Shown: piece by piece, positions 38,401 to 53,300 of the stretch | How the letters are laid out: each line of letters starts with the position of its first letter | Position numbering within the stretch: position 1 is the stretch's first letter | Source of the DNA: Auanema rhodensis | Lineage: Eukaryota > Animalia > Nematoda | Direction: 5' to 3' | Assembly: GCA_964057225.1 (NCBI GenBank) | Contig: OZ059899.1 | Location: 18,228,001-18,292,000, forward strand | Length of the DNA: 64,000 nucleotides | Notes under the pieces: model-generated | Databases searched by the model: none | Told to the model about the DNA's origin: nothing | The model's input: the letters and a program-made list of their open reading frames with translations, nothing else | Program-made: the position numbers and the translations under genes

Positions 38401-41400
38401 AAATTTTTGTCAAAAAGTTTTTGGAAGCAATGTTGAGTGTACATGGAAACTCAACATACACTAATGCATCATTTTTCAAACGATCATAACTAATTTTTGT
38501 ATTGAGCGTTTCTCAATGTAGTATAGTGCATTCGATGCGGATTTTTAAGCTGCGTCGATCTATGTTATCAGATTTGCGCTATCTTAAAAATGCACCGAGA
38601 TATCAACTGATATAAGTTCACACTTATATCCTCGATTTTCAACCTGAAGAATTAATTTTTTTGTTGAATAACATTGTCCATCGTTTTCGCCTTGAAAAAA
38701 GAAATCTAAAAACATCTACTTTTTGTAAAATTATTTTGAAATTTTTAGGGAAAATTTTTGTCAAAATGTTTTTGGAAGCAATGTTGAGTGTACATGGAAA
38801 CTCAACATACACTAATGCATCATTTTTCAAACGATCATAACTAATTTTTGTATTGAGCGTTTCTCAATGTAGTATAGTGCATTCGATGCGGATTTTTAAG
38901 CTGCGTCGATCTATGTTATCAGATTTGCGCTATCTTTAAAATGCACCGATATATCAACTGATATAAGTTCACACTTATATCCTCGATTTTCACCCTGAAG
39001 AATTAATTTTTTTGTTGAATAACATTGTCCATCGTCTTCACCTTGAAAAAAGGAATCTAAAAACATCTACTTTTTGTAAAATTATTTTGAAATTTTTAGG
39101 GAAAATTTTTGTCAAAATGTTTTTGGAAGCAATGTTGAGTGTACATGGAAACTCAACATACACTAATGCATCATTTTTCAAACGATCATAACTAATTTTC
39201 GTATTAAGCGTTTCTCAATGTAGTATAGTGCATTCGATGCGGATTTTTAAGCTGCGTCGATCTATGTTATCAGATTTGCGCTATCTTAAAAATGCACCGA
39301 TATATCAACTGATATAAGTTCACACTTATATCCTCGATTTTCACCCTGAAGAATTAATTTTTTTGTTGAATAACATTGTCCATCGTCTTCACCTTGAAAA
39401 AAGAAATCTAAAAACATCTACTTTTTGTGAAATTATTTTAAAATTTTTAGGGAAAATTTTTGTCAAAAAGTTTTTGGAAGCAATGTTGAGTGTACATGGA
39501 AACTCAACATACACTAATGCATCATTTTTCAAACGATCATAACTAGTTTTTGTATTGAGCGTTTCTCAATGTAGTATAGTGCATTCGATGCGGATTTTTA
39601 AGCTGCGTCGATCTATGTTATCAGATTTGCGCTATCTTAAAAATGCACCGAGATATCAACTGATATAAGTTCACACTTATATCCTCGATTTTCAACCTGA
39701 AGAATTAATTTCTTCGTTGAATAACAATGTCCATCGTCTTCGCCTTAAAAAAAAAATCTAAAAACATCTACTTTTTGTGAAATTATTTTGAAATATTTAG
39801 GGAAAATTTTTGTCAAAAAGTTTTTGGAAGCAATGTTGAGTGTACATGGAAACTCAACATACACTAATGCATCATTTTTCAAACGATCATAACTAATTTT
39901 TGTATTGAGCGTTTCTCAATGTAGTATAGTGCATTCGATGCGGATTTTTAAGCTGCGTCGATCTATGTTATCAGATTTGCGCTATCTTTAAAATGCACCG
40001 ATATATCAACTGATATAAGTTCACACTTATATCCTCGATTTTCACCCTGAAGAATTAATTTTTTTGTTGAATAACAATGTCCATCGTCTTCGCCTTAAAA
40101 AAAAAATCTAAAAACATCTACTTTTTGTGAAATTATTTCGAAATTTTTAGGGAAAATTTTTGTCAAAAAGTTTTTGGAAGCAATGTTCAGTGTACATGGA
40201 AACTCAACATACACTAATGCATCATTTTTCAAACGATCATAACTAATTTTTGTATTGAGCGTTTCTCAATGTAGTATAGTGCATTCGATGCGGATTTTTA
40301 AGCTGCGTCGATCTATGTTATCAGATTTGCGCTATCTTTAAAATGCACCGATATATCAACTGATATAAGTTCACACTTATATCCTCGATTTTCACCCTGA
40401 AGAATTAATTTTTTTGTTGAATAACAATGTCCATCGTCTTCGCCTTAAAAAAAAATCTAAAAACATCTACTTTTTGTGAAATTATTTTGAAATTTTTAGG
40501 GAAAATTTTTGTCAAAAAGTTTTTGGAAGCAATGTTGAGTGTACATGGAAACTCAACATACACTAATGCATCATTTTTCAAACGATCATAACTAATTTGT
40601 GTAGTATAGTGCATTCGATGCGGATTTTTAAGCTGCGTCGATCTATGTTATCAGATTTGCGCTATCTTTAAAATGCACCGATATATCAACTGATATAAGT
40701 TCACACTTATATCCTCGATTTTCACCCTGAAGAATTAATTTTTTTGTTGAATAACAATGTCCATCGTCTTCGCCTTAAAAAAAAAATCTAAAAACATCTA
40801 CTTTTTGTGAAATTATTTTGAAATTTTTAGGGAAAATTTTTGTCAAAAAGTTTTTGGAAGCAATGTTGAGTGTACATGGAAACTCAACATACACTAATGC
40901 ATCATTTTTCAAACGATCATAACTAATTTTTGTATTGAGCGTTTCTCAATGTAGTATAGTGCATTCGATGCGGATTTTTAAGCTGCGTCGATCTATGTTA
41001 TCAGATTTGCGCTATCTTAAAAATGCACCGAGATATCAACTGATATAAGTTCACACTTATATCCTCGATTTTCAACCTGAAGAATTAATTTCTTCGTTGA
41101 ATAACAATGTCCATCGTCTTCGCCTTAAAAAAAAAATCTAAAAACATCTACTTTTTGTGAAATTATTTTGAAATTTTTAGGGAAAATTTTTGTCAAAAAG
41201 TTTTTGGAAGCAATGTTGAGTGTACATGGAAACTCAACATACACTAATGCATCATTTTTCAAACGATCATAACTAATTTTTGTATTGAGCGTTTTTCAAT
41301 GTAGTATAGTGCATTCGATGCGGATTTTTAAGCTGCGTCGATCTATGTTATCAGATTTGCGCTATCTTTAAAATGCACCGATATATCAACTGATATAAGT

Positions 41401-44390
41401 TCACACTTATATCCTCGATTTTCACCCTGAAGAACTATTTTTTTCGTTGAATAACATTGTCCATTGTCTTCGCCTTGAAAAAAGAAATCTAAAAACATCT
41501 ACTCTTTGTGAAATTATTTTGAAATTTTTAGGGAAAATTTTTGTCAAAAAGTTTTTGGAAGCAATGTTGAGTGTACATGGAAACTCAACATACACTAATG
41601 CATCATTTTTCAAACGATCATAACTAATTTGTGTAGTATAGTGCATTCGATGCGGATTTTTAAGCTGCGTCGATCTATGTTATCAGATTTGCGCTATCTT
41701 TAAAATGCACCGATATATCAACTGATATAAGTTCACACTTATATCCTCGATTTTCACCCTGAAGAATTAATTTTTTTGTTGAATAACAATGTCCATCGTC
41801 TTCGCCTTAAAAAAAAAATCTAAAAACATCTACTTTTTGTGAAATTATTTTGAAATTTTTACGGAAAATTTTTGTCAAAAAGTTTTTGGAAGCAATGTTG
41901 AGTGTACATGGAAACTCAACATACACTAATGCATCATTTTTCAAACGATCATAACTAATTTTTGTATCGAGCGTTTCTCAATGTAGTATAGTGCATTCGA
42001 TGCGGATTTTTAAGCTGCGTCGATCTATGTTATCAGATTTGCGCTATCTTAAAAATGCACCGAGATATCAACTGATATAAGTTCACACTTATATCCTCGA
42101 TTTTCAACCTGAAGAATTAATTTCTTCGTTGAATAACAATGTCCATCGTCTTCGCCTTAAAAAAAAATCTAAAAACATCTACTTTTTGTGAAATTATTTT
42201 GAAATTTTTAGGGAAAATTTTTGTCAAAAAGTTTTTGGAAGCAATGTTGAGTGTACATGGAAACTCAACATACACTAATGCATCATTTTTCAAACGATCA
42301 TAACTAATTTTATTATCGAGCGTTTCTCAATGTAGTATAGTGCATTCGATGCGGATTTTTAAGCTGCGTCGATCTATGTTATCAGATTTGCGCTAGCTTA
42401 AAAATGCACCGAGATATCAACTGATATAAGTTCACACTTATATCCTCGATTTTCAACCTGAAGAATTAATTTCTTCGTTGAATAACAATGTCCATCGTCT
42501 TCGCCTTAAAAAAAAAATCTAAAAACATCTACTTTTTGTGAAATTATTTTGAAATTTTTAGGGAAAATTTTTGTCAAAAAGTTTTTGGAAGCAATGTTGA
42601 GTGTACATGGAAACTCAACATACACTAATGCATCATTTTTCAAACGATCATAACTAATTTGTGTAGTATAGTGCATTCGATGCGGATTTTTAAGCTGCGT
42701 CGATCTATGTTATCAGATTTGCGCTATCTTTAAAATGCACCGATATATCAACTGATATAAGTTCACACTTATATCCTCGATTTTCACCCTGAAGAATTAA
42801 TTTTTTTGTTGAATAACAATGTCCATCGTCTTCGCCTTAAAAAAAAAATCTAAAAACATCTACTTTTTGTGAAATTATTTTGAAATTTTTACGGAAAATT
42901 TTTGTCAAAAAGTTTTTGGAAGCAATGTTGAGTGTACATGGAAACTCAACATACACTAATGCATCATTTTTCAAACGATCATAACTAATTTTTGTATCGA
43001 GCGTTTCTCAATGTAGTATAGTGCATTCGATGCGGATTTTTAAGCTGCGTCGATCTATGTTATCAGATTTGCGCTATCTTAAAAATGCACCGAGATATCA
43101 ACTGATATAAGTTCACACTTATATCCTCGATTTTCACCCTGAAGAATTAATTTTTTCGTTGAATAACATTGTCCATCGTCTTCGCCTTGAAAAAAGAAAT
43201 CTAAAAACATCTACTCTTTGTGAAATTATTTTGAAATTTTCAGGGAAAATTTTTGTCAAAAAGTTTTTGGAAGCAATGTTGAGTGTACATGGAAACTCAA
43301 CATACACTAATGCATCATTTTTCAAACGATCATAACTAATTTTTGTATTGAGGGTTTCTCAATGTAGTATAGTGCATTCGATGCGGATTTTTAAGCTGCG
43401 TCGATCTGTGTTATCAGATTTGCGCTATCTTAAAAATGCACCGAGATATCAACTGATATAAGTTCACACTTATATCCTCGATTTTCAACCTGAAGAATTA
43501 ATTTCTTCGTTGAATAACAATGTCCATCGTCTTCGCCTTAAAAAAAAAATCTAAAAACATCTACTTTTTGTGAAATTATTTTGAAATTTTTAGGGAAAAT
43601 TTTTGTCAAAAAGTTTTTGGAAGCAATGTTGAGTGTACATGGAAACTCAACATACACTAATGCATCATTTTTCAAACGATCATAACTAATTTTTGTATTG
43701 AGCGTTTCTCAATGTAGTATAGTGCATTCGATGCGGATTTTTAAGCTGCGTCGATCTATGTTATCAGATTTGCGCTATCTTAAAAATGCACCGAGATATC
43801 AACTGATATAAGTTCACACTTATATCCTCGATTTTCAACCTGAAGAATTAATTTTTTTGTTGAATAACATTGTCCATCGTTTTCGCCTTGAAAAAAGAAA
43901 TCTAAAAACATCTACTTTTTGTAAAATTATTTTGAAATTTTTAGGGAAAATTTTTGTCAAAATGTTTTTGGAAGCAATGTTGAGTGTACATGGAAACTCA
44001 ACATACACTAATGCATCATTTTTCAAACGATCATAACTAATTTTTGTATTGAGCGTTTCTCAATGTAGTATAGTGCATTCGATGCGGATTTTTAAGCTGC
44101 GTCGATCTATGTTATCAGATTTGCGCTATCTTTAAAATGCACCGATATATCAACTGATATAAGTTCACACTTATATCCTCGATTTTCACCCTGAAGAATT
44201 AATTTTTTTGTTGAATAACATTGTCCATCGTCTTCACCTTGAAAAAAGGAATCTAAAAACATCTACTTTTTGTAAAATTATTTTGAAATTTTTAGGGAAA
44301 ATTTTTGTCAAAATGTTTTTGGAAGCAATGTTGAGTGTACATGGAAACTCAACATACACTAATGCATCATTTTTCAAACGATCATAACTA
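34550..44390. repeat. 15-monomer tandem duplication, period 5195-5196 bp
   Basis: TTCAGTG at 34991/40186, GAAGAACTA at ~36233/41429, and three deletion monomers per copy. ORF pairs 36226/41422, 37938/43134 and 38639/43835 are offset by 5196. Confidence 0.9.
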
Positions 44391-47300
44391 ATTTTTGTAT
44401 TGAGCGTTTCTCAATGTAGTATAGTGCATTCGATGCGGATTTTTAAGCTGCGTCGATCTATGTTATCAGATTTGCGCTATCTTAAAAATGCACCGATATA
44501 TCAACTGATATAAGTTCACACTTATATCCTCGATTTTCACCCTGAAGAATTAATTTTTTTGTTGAATAACATTGTCCATCGTCTTCACCTTGAAAAAAGG
44601 AATCTAAAAACATCTACTTTTTGTGAAATTATTTTGAAATTTTTAGGGAAAATTTTTGTCAAAAAGTTTTTGGAAGCAATGTTGAGTGTACATGCAAACT
44701 CAACATACACTAATGCATCATTTTTCAAACGATCATAACTAATTTTCGTATTAAGCGTTTCTCAATGTAGTATAGTGCATTCGATGCGGATTTTTAAGCT
44801 GCGTCGATCTATGTTATCAGATTTGCGCTATCTTAAAAATGCACCGATATATCAACTGATATAAGTTCACACTTATATCCTCGATTTTCACCCTGAAGAA
44901 TTAATTTTTTTGTTGAATAACATTGTCCATCGTCTTCACCTTGAAAAAAGAAATCTAAAAACATCTACTTTTTGTGAAATTATTTTGAAATTTTTAGGGA
45001 AAATTTTTGTCAAAAAGTTTTTGGAAGCAATGTTGAGTGTACATGGAAACTCAACATACACTAATGCATCATTTTTCAAACGATCATAACTAGTTTTTGT
45101 ATTGAGCGTTTCTCAATGTAGTATAGTGCATTCGATGCGGATTTTTAAGCTGCGTCGATCTATGTTATCAGATTTGCGCTATCTTAAAAATGCACCGAGA
45201 TATCAACTGATATAAGTTCACACTTATATCCTCGATTTTCAACCTGAAGAATTAGTTTCTTCGTTGAATAACAATGTCCATCGTCTTCGCCTTAAAAAAA
45301 AAATCTAAAAACATCTACTTTTTGTGAAATTATTTTGAAATTTTTAGGGAAAATTTTTGTCAAAAAGTTTTTGGAAGCAATGTTGAGTGTACATGGAAAC
45401 TCAACGTACACTAATGCATCATTTTTCAAACGATCATAACTAATTTTTGTATTGAGCGTTTCTCAATGTAGTATAGTGCATTCGATGCGGATTTTTAAGC
45501 TGCGTCGATCTATGTTATCAGATTTGCGCTATCTGAAAAATGCACCGAGATATCAACTGATATAAGTTCACACTTATATCCTCGATTTTCAACCTGAAGA
45601 ATTAATTTTTTTGTTGAATAACATTGTCCATCGTTTTCGCCTTGAAAAAAGAAATCTAAAAACATCTACTTTTTGTAAAATTATTTTGAAATTTTTAGGG
45701 AAAATTTTTGTCAAAATGTTTTTGGAAGCAATGTTGAGTGTACATGGAAACTCAACATACACTAATGCATCATTTTTCAAACGATCATAACTAATTTTTG
45801 TATTGAGCGTTTCTCAATGTAGTATAGTGCATTCGATGCGGATTTTTAAGCTGCGTCGATCTATGTTATCAGATTTGCGCTATCTTAAAAATGCACCGAT
45901 ATATCAACTGATATAAGTTCACACTTATATCCTCGATTTTCACCCTGAAGAATTAATTTTTTTGTTGAATAACATTGTCCATCGTCTTCACCTTGAAAAA
46001 AGGAATCTAAAAACATCTACTTTTTGTAAAATTATTTTGAAATTTTTAGGGAAAATTTTTGTCAAAATGTTTTTGGAAGCAATGTTGAGTGTACATGGAA
46101 ACTCAACACACACTAATGCATCATTTTTCAAACGATCATAACTAATTTTCGTATTAAGCGTTTCTCAATGTAGTATAGTGCATTCGATGCGGATTTTTAA
46201 GCTGCGTCGATCTGTGTTATCAGATTTGCGCTAGCTTAAAAATGCACCGAGATATCAACTGAAATAAGTTAACACATATATCCTCGATTTTCACCCTGAA
46301 GAATTAATTTTTTTGTTGAATAACATTGTCCATCGTCTTCGCCTTGAAAAAAGGAATCTAAAAACATCTACTTTTTGTGAAATTATTTTGAAATTTTTAG
46401 GGAAAATTTTTGTCAAAATGTTTTTGGAAGCAATGTTGAGTGTACATGGAAACTCAACATACACTAATACATCATTTTTTAAACGATCATAACTAATTTT
46501 TGTATTGAGGGTTTCTCAATGTCGTATAATGCATTCGATGCGGATTTTTAAGCTGCGTCGATCTGTGTTATCAGATTTGCGCTATCTTTAAAATGCACCG
46601 AGATATCAACTGATATAAGTTCACACTTATATCCTCGATTTTCACCCTGAAAAATTGATTTTTTCGTTGAATAACATTGTCCATCGTCTTTGCCTTGAAA
46701 AAAGGAATCTAAAAACATCTAATTTTTGTGAAATTATTTCGAAATTTTTAGGTAAAATTTTTGTCAAAATGTTTTTGGAAGCAATGTTGAGTGTACATGG
46801 AAACTCAACATACACTAATGCATCATTTTTCAAACGATCATGACTAATTTTTGTATTGAGCGTTTCTCAATGTAGTATAGTGCATTCGATGCGGATTTTT
46901 AAGCTGCGTCGATCTGTGTTATCAGATTTGCGCTAGCTTAAAAATGCACCGAGATATCAACTGAAATAAGTTAACACATATATCCTCGATTTTCACCATG
47001 AAGAATTAATTTTTTTGTTGAATAACATTGTCCATCGTCTTCGCCTTGAAAAAAGGAATCTAAAAACATCTACTTTTTGTGAAATTATTTTGAAATTTTT
47101 AGGGAAAATTTTTGTCAAAATGTTTTTGGAAGCAATGTTGAGTGTACATGGAAACTCAACATACACTAATACATCATTTTTTAAACGATCATAACTAATT
47201 TTTGTATTGAGCGTTTCTCAATGTAGTATAGTGCATTCGATGCGGATTTTTAAGCTGCGTCGATCTATGTTATCAGATTTGCGCTATCTTAAAAATGCAC

Positions 47301-50300
47301 CGATATATCAACTGATATAAGTTCACACTTATATCCTCGATTTTCACCCTGAAGAATTAATTTTTTTGTTGAATAACATTGTCCATCGTCTTCACCTTGA
47401 AAAAAGGAATCTAAAAACATCTACTTTTTGTGAAATTATTTTGAAATTTTTAGGGAAAATTTTTGTCAAAAAGTTTTTGGAAGCAATGTTGAGTGTACAT
47501 GGAAACTCAACATACACTAATGCATCATTTTTCAAACGATCATAACTAATTTTCGTATTAAGCGTTTCTCAATGTAGTATAGTGCATTCGATGCGGATTT
47601 TTAAGCTGCGTCGATCTGTGTTATCAGATTTGCGCTAGCTTAAAAATGCACCGAGATATCAACTGAAATAAGTTAACACATATATCCTCGATTTTCACCC
47701 TGAAGAATTAATTTTTTTGTTGAATAACATTGTCCATCGTCTTCGCCTTGAAAAAAGGAATCTAAAAACATCTACTTTTTGTGAAATTATTTTGAAATTT
47801 TTAGGGAAAATTTTTGTCAAAATGTTTTTGGAAGCAATGTTGAGTGTACATGGAAACTCAACATACACTAATACATCATTTTTTAAACGATCATAACTAA
47901 TTTTTGTATTGAGGGTTTCTCAATGTCGTATAGTGCATTCGATGCGGATTTTTAAGCTGCGTCGATCTGTGTTATCAGATTTGCGCTATCTTAAAAATGC
48001 ACCGAGATATCAACTGATATAAGTTCACACTTATATCCTCGATTTTCAACCTGAAGAATTAATTTCTTCGTTGAATAACAATGTCCATCGTCTTCGCCTT
48101 AAAAAAAAAATCTAAAAACATCTACTTTTTGTGAAATTATTTTGAAATTTTTAGGGAAAATTTTTGTCAAAAAGTTTTTGGAAGCAATGTTGAGTGTACA
48201 TGGAAACTCAACGTACACTAATGCATCATTTTTCAAACGATCATAACTAATTTTCGTATTAAGCGTTTCTCAATGTAGTATAGTGCATTCGATGCGGATT
48301 TTTAAGCTGCGTCGATCTGTGTTATCAGATTTGCGCTAGCTTAAAAATGCACCGAGATATCAACTGAAATAAGTTAACACATATATCCTCGATTTTCACC
48401 CTGAAGAATTAATTTTTTTGTTGAATAACATTGTCCATCGTCTTCGCCTTGAAAAAAGGAATCTAAAAACATCTACTTTTTGTGAAATTATTTTGAAATT
48501 TTTAGGGAAAATTTTTGTCAAAATGTTTTTGGAAGCAATGTTGAGTGTACATGGAAACTCAACATACACTAATACATCATTTTTTAAACGATCATAACTA
48601 ATTTTTGTATTGAGGGTTTCTCAATGTCGTATAGTGCATTCGATGCGGATTTTTAAGCTGCGTCGATCTGTGTTATCAGATTTGCGCTATCTTAAAAATG
48701 CACCGAGATATCAACTGATATAAGTTCACACTTATATCCTCGATTTTCAACCTGAAGAATTAATTTCTTCGTTGAATAACAATGTCCATCGTCTTCGCCT
48801 TAAAAAAAAAATCTAAAAACATCTACTTTTTGTGAAATTATTTTGAAATTTTTAGGGAAAATTTTTGTCAAAAAGTTTTTGGAAGCAATGTTGAGTGTAC
48901 ATGGAAACTCAACATACACTAATGCATCATTTTTCAAACGATCATAACTAATTTTCGTATTAAGCGTTTCTCAATGTAGTATAGTGCATTCGATGCGGAT
49001 TTTTAAGCTGCGTCGATCTATGTTATCAGATTTGCGCTAGCTTAAAAATGCACCGAGATATCAACTGAAATAAGTTAACACATATATCCTCGATTTTCAC
49101 CCTGAAGAATTAATTTTTTTGTTGAATAACATTGTCCATCGTCTTCGCCTTGAAAAAAGGAATCTAAAAACATCTACTTTTTGTGAAATTATTTTGAAAT
49201 TTTTAGGGAAAATTTTTGTCAAAATGTTTTTGGAAGCAATGTTGAGTGTACATGGAAACTCAACATACACTAATACATCATTTTTTAAACGATCATAACT
49301 AATTTTTGTATTGAGGGTTTCTCAATGTCGTATAGTGCATTCGATGCGGATTTTTAAGCTGCGTCGATCTGTGTTATCAGATTTGCGCTATCTTAAAAAT
49401 GCACCGAGATATCAACTGATATAAGTTCACACTTATATCCTCGATTTTCAACCTGAAGAATTAATTTCTTCGTTGAATAACAATGTCCATCGTCTTCGCC
49501 TTAAAAAAAAAATCTAAAAACATCTACTTTTTGTGAAATTATTTTGAAATTTTTAGGGAAAATTTTTGTCAAAAAGTTTTTGGAAGCAATGTTGAGTGTA
49601 CATGGAAACTCAACGTACACTAATGCATCATTTTTCAAACGATCATAACTAATTTTCGTATTAAGCGTTTCTCAATGTAGTATAGTGCATTCGATGCGGA
49701 TTTTTAAGCTGCGTCGATCTGTGTTATCAGATTTGCGCTAGCTTAAAAATGCACCGAGATATCAACTGAAATAAGTTAACACATATATCCTCGATTTTCA
49801 CCCTGAAGAATTAATTTTTTTGTTGAATAACATTGTCCATCGTCTTCGCCTTGAAAAAAGGAATCTAAAAACATCTACTTTTTGTGAAATTATTTTGAAA
49901 TTTTTAGGGAAAATTTTTGTCAAAATGTTTTTGGAAGCAATGTTGAGTGTACATGGAAACTCAACATACACTAATACATCATTTTTTAAACGATCATAAC
50001 TAATTTTTGTATTGAGGGTTTCTCAATGTCGTATAGTGCATTCGATGCGGATTTTTAAGCTGCGTCGATCTGTGTTATCAGATTTGCGCTATCTTAAAAA
50101 TGCACCGAGATATCAACTGATATAAGTTCACACTTATATCCTCGATTTTCAACCTGAAGAATTAATTTCTTCGTTGAATAACAATGTCCATCGTCTTCGC
50201 CTTAAAAAAAAAATCTAAAAACATCTACTTTTTGTGAAATTATTTTGAAATTTTTAGGGAAAATTTTTGTCAAAAAGTTTTTGGAAGCAATGTTGAGTGT

Positions 50301-53300
50301 ACATGGAAACTCAACGTACACTAATGCATCATTTTTCAAACGATCATAACTAATTTTTGTATTGAGCGTTTCTCAATGTAGTATAGTGCATTCGATGCGG
50401 ATTTTTAAGCTGCGTCGATCTATGTTATCAGATTTGCGCTATCTTAAAAATGCACCGAGATATCAACTGATATAAGTTCACACTTATATCCTCGATTTTC
50501 AACCTGAAGAATTAATTTTTTTGTTGAATAACATTGTCCATCGTTTTCGCCTTGAAAAAAGAAATCTAAAAACATCTACTTTTTGTAAAATTATTTTGAA
50601 ATTTTTAGGGAAAATTTTTGTCAAAATGTTTTTGGAAGCAATGTTGAGTGTACATGGAAACTCAACATACACTAATGCATCATTTTTCAAACGATCATAA
50701 CTAATTTTTGTATTGAGCGTTTCTCAATGTAGTATAGTGCATTCGATGCGGATTTTTAAGCTGCGTCGATCTATGTTATCAGATTTGCGCTATCTTTAAA
50801 ATGCACCGATATATCAACTGATATAAGTTCACACTTATATCCTCGATTTTCACCCTGAAGAATTAATTTTTTTGTTGAATAACATTGTCCATCGTCTTCA
50901 CCTTGAAAAACGGAATCTAAAAACATCTACTTTTTGTAAAATTATTTTGAAATTTTTAGGGAAAATTTTTGTCAAAATGTTTTTGGAAGCAATGTTGAGT
51001 GTACATGGAAACTCAACACACACTAATGCATCATTTTTCAAACGATCATAACTAATTTTTGTATTGAGCGTTTCTCAATGTAGTATAGTGCATTCGATGC
51101 GGATTTTTAAGCTGCGTCGATCTATGTTATCAGATTTGCGCTATCTTAAAAATGCACCGATATATCAACTGATATAAGTTCACACTTATATCCTCGATTT
51201 TCACCCTGAAGAATTAATTTTTTTGTTGAATAACATTGTCCATCGTCTTCGCCTTGAAAAAAGGAATCTAAAAACATCTACTTTTTGTGAAATTATTTTG
51301 AAATTTTTAGGGAAAATTTTTGTCAAAATGTTTTTGGAAGCAATGTTGAGTGTACATGGAAACTCAACATACACTAATACATCATTTTTTAAACGATCAT
51401 AACTAATTTTTGTATTGAGCGTTTCTCAATGTAGTATAGTGCATTCGATGCGGATTTTTAAGCTGCGTCGATCTATGTTATCAGATTTGCGCTATCTTAA
51501 AAATGCACCGATATATCAACTGAAATAAGTTAACACATATATCCTCGATTTTCACCCTGAAGAATTAATTTTTTTGTTGAATAACATTGTCCATCGTCTT
51601 CGCCTTGAAAAAAGGAATCTAAAAACATCTACTTTTTGTGAAATTATTTTGAAATTTTTAGGGAAAATTTTTGTCAAAATGTTTTTGGAAGCAATGTTGA
51701 GTGTACATGGAAACTCAACATACACTAATACATCATTTTTTAAACGATCATAACTAATTTTTGTATTGAGGGTTTCTCAATGTCGTATAGTGCATTCGAT
51801 GCGGATTTTTAAGCTGCGTCGATCTATGTTATCAGATTTGCGCTATCTTTAAAATGCACCGATATATCAACTGATATAAGTTCACACTTATATCCTCGAT
51901 TTTCACCCTGAAGAATTAATTTTTTTGTTGAATAACAATGTCCATCGTCTTCGCCTTAAAAAAAAAATCTAAAAACATCTACTTTTTGTGAAATTATTTT
52001 GAAATTTTTACGGAAAATTTTTGTCAAAAAGTTTTTGGAAGCAATGTTGAGTGTACATGAAAACTCAACATACACTAATGCATCATTTTTCAAACGATCA
52101 TAACTAATTTTTGTATCGAGCGTTTCTCAATGTAGTATAGTGCATTCGATGCGGATTTTTAAGCTGCGTCGATCTATGTTATCAGATTTGCGCTATCTTA
52201 AAAATGCACCGAGATATCAACTGATATAAGTTCACACTTATATCCTCGATTTTCAACCTGAAGAATTAATTTCTTCGTTGAATAACAATGTCCATCGTCT
52301 TCGCCTTAAAAAAAAATCTAAAAACATCTACTTTTTGTGAAATTATTTTGAAATTTTTAGGGAAAATTTTTGTCAAAAAGTTTTTGGAAGCAATGTTGAG
52401 TGTACATGGAAACTCAACATACACTAATGCATCATTTTTCAAACGATCATAACTAATTTTTGTATCGAGCGTTTCTCAATGTAGTATAGTGCATTCGATG
52501 CGGATTTTTAAGCTGCGTCGATCTATGTTATCAGATTTGCGCTAGCTTAAAAATGCACCGAGATATCAACTGATATAAGTTCACACTTATATCCTCGATT
52601 TTCAACCTGAAGAATTAATTTCTTCGTTGAATAACAATGTCCATCGTCTTCGCCTTAAAAAAAAAATCTAAAAACATCTACTTTTTGTGAAATTATTTTG
52701 AAATTTTTAGGGAAAATTTTTGTCAAAAAGTTTTTGGAAGCAATGTTGAGTGTACATGGAAACTCAACATACACTAATGCATCATTTTTCAAACGATCAT
52801 AACTAATTTGTGTAGTATAGTGCATTCGATGCGGATTTTTAAGCTGCGTCGATCTATGTTATCAGATTTGCGCTATCTTTAAAATGCACCGATATATCAA
52901 CTGATATAAGTTCACACTTATATCCTCGATTTTCACCCTGAAGAATTAATTTTTTTGTTGAATAACAATGTCCATCGTCTTCGCCTTAAAAAAAAAATCT
53001 AAAAACATCTACTTTTTGTGAAATTATTTTGAAATTTTTACGGAAAATTTTTGTCAAAAAGTTTTTGGAAGCAATGTTGAGTGTACATGGAAACTCAACA
53101 TACACTAATGCATCATTTTTCAAACGATCATAACTAATTTTTGTATCGAGCGTTTCTCAATGTAGTATAGTGCATTCGATGCGGATTTTTAAGCTGCGTC
53201 GATCTATGTTATCAGATTTGCGCTATCTTAAAAATGCACCGAGATATCAACTGATATAAGTTCACACTTATATCCTCGATTTTCACCCTGAAGAATTAAT

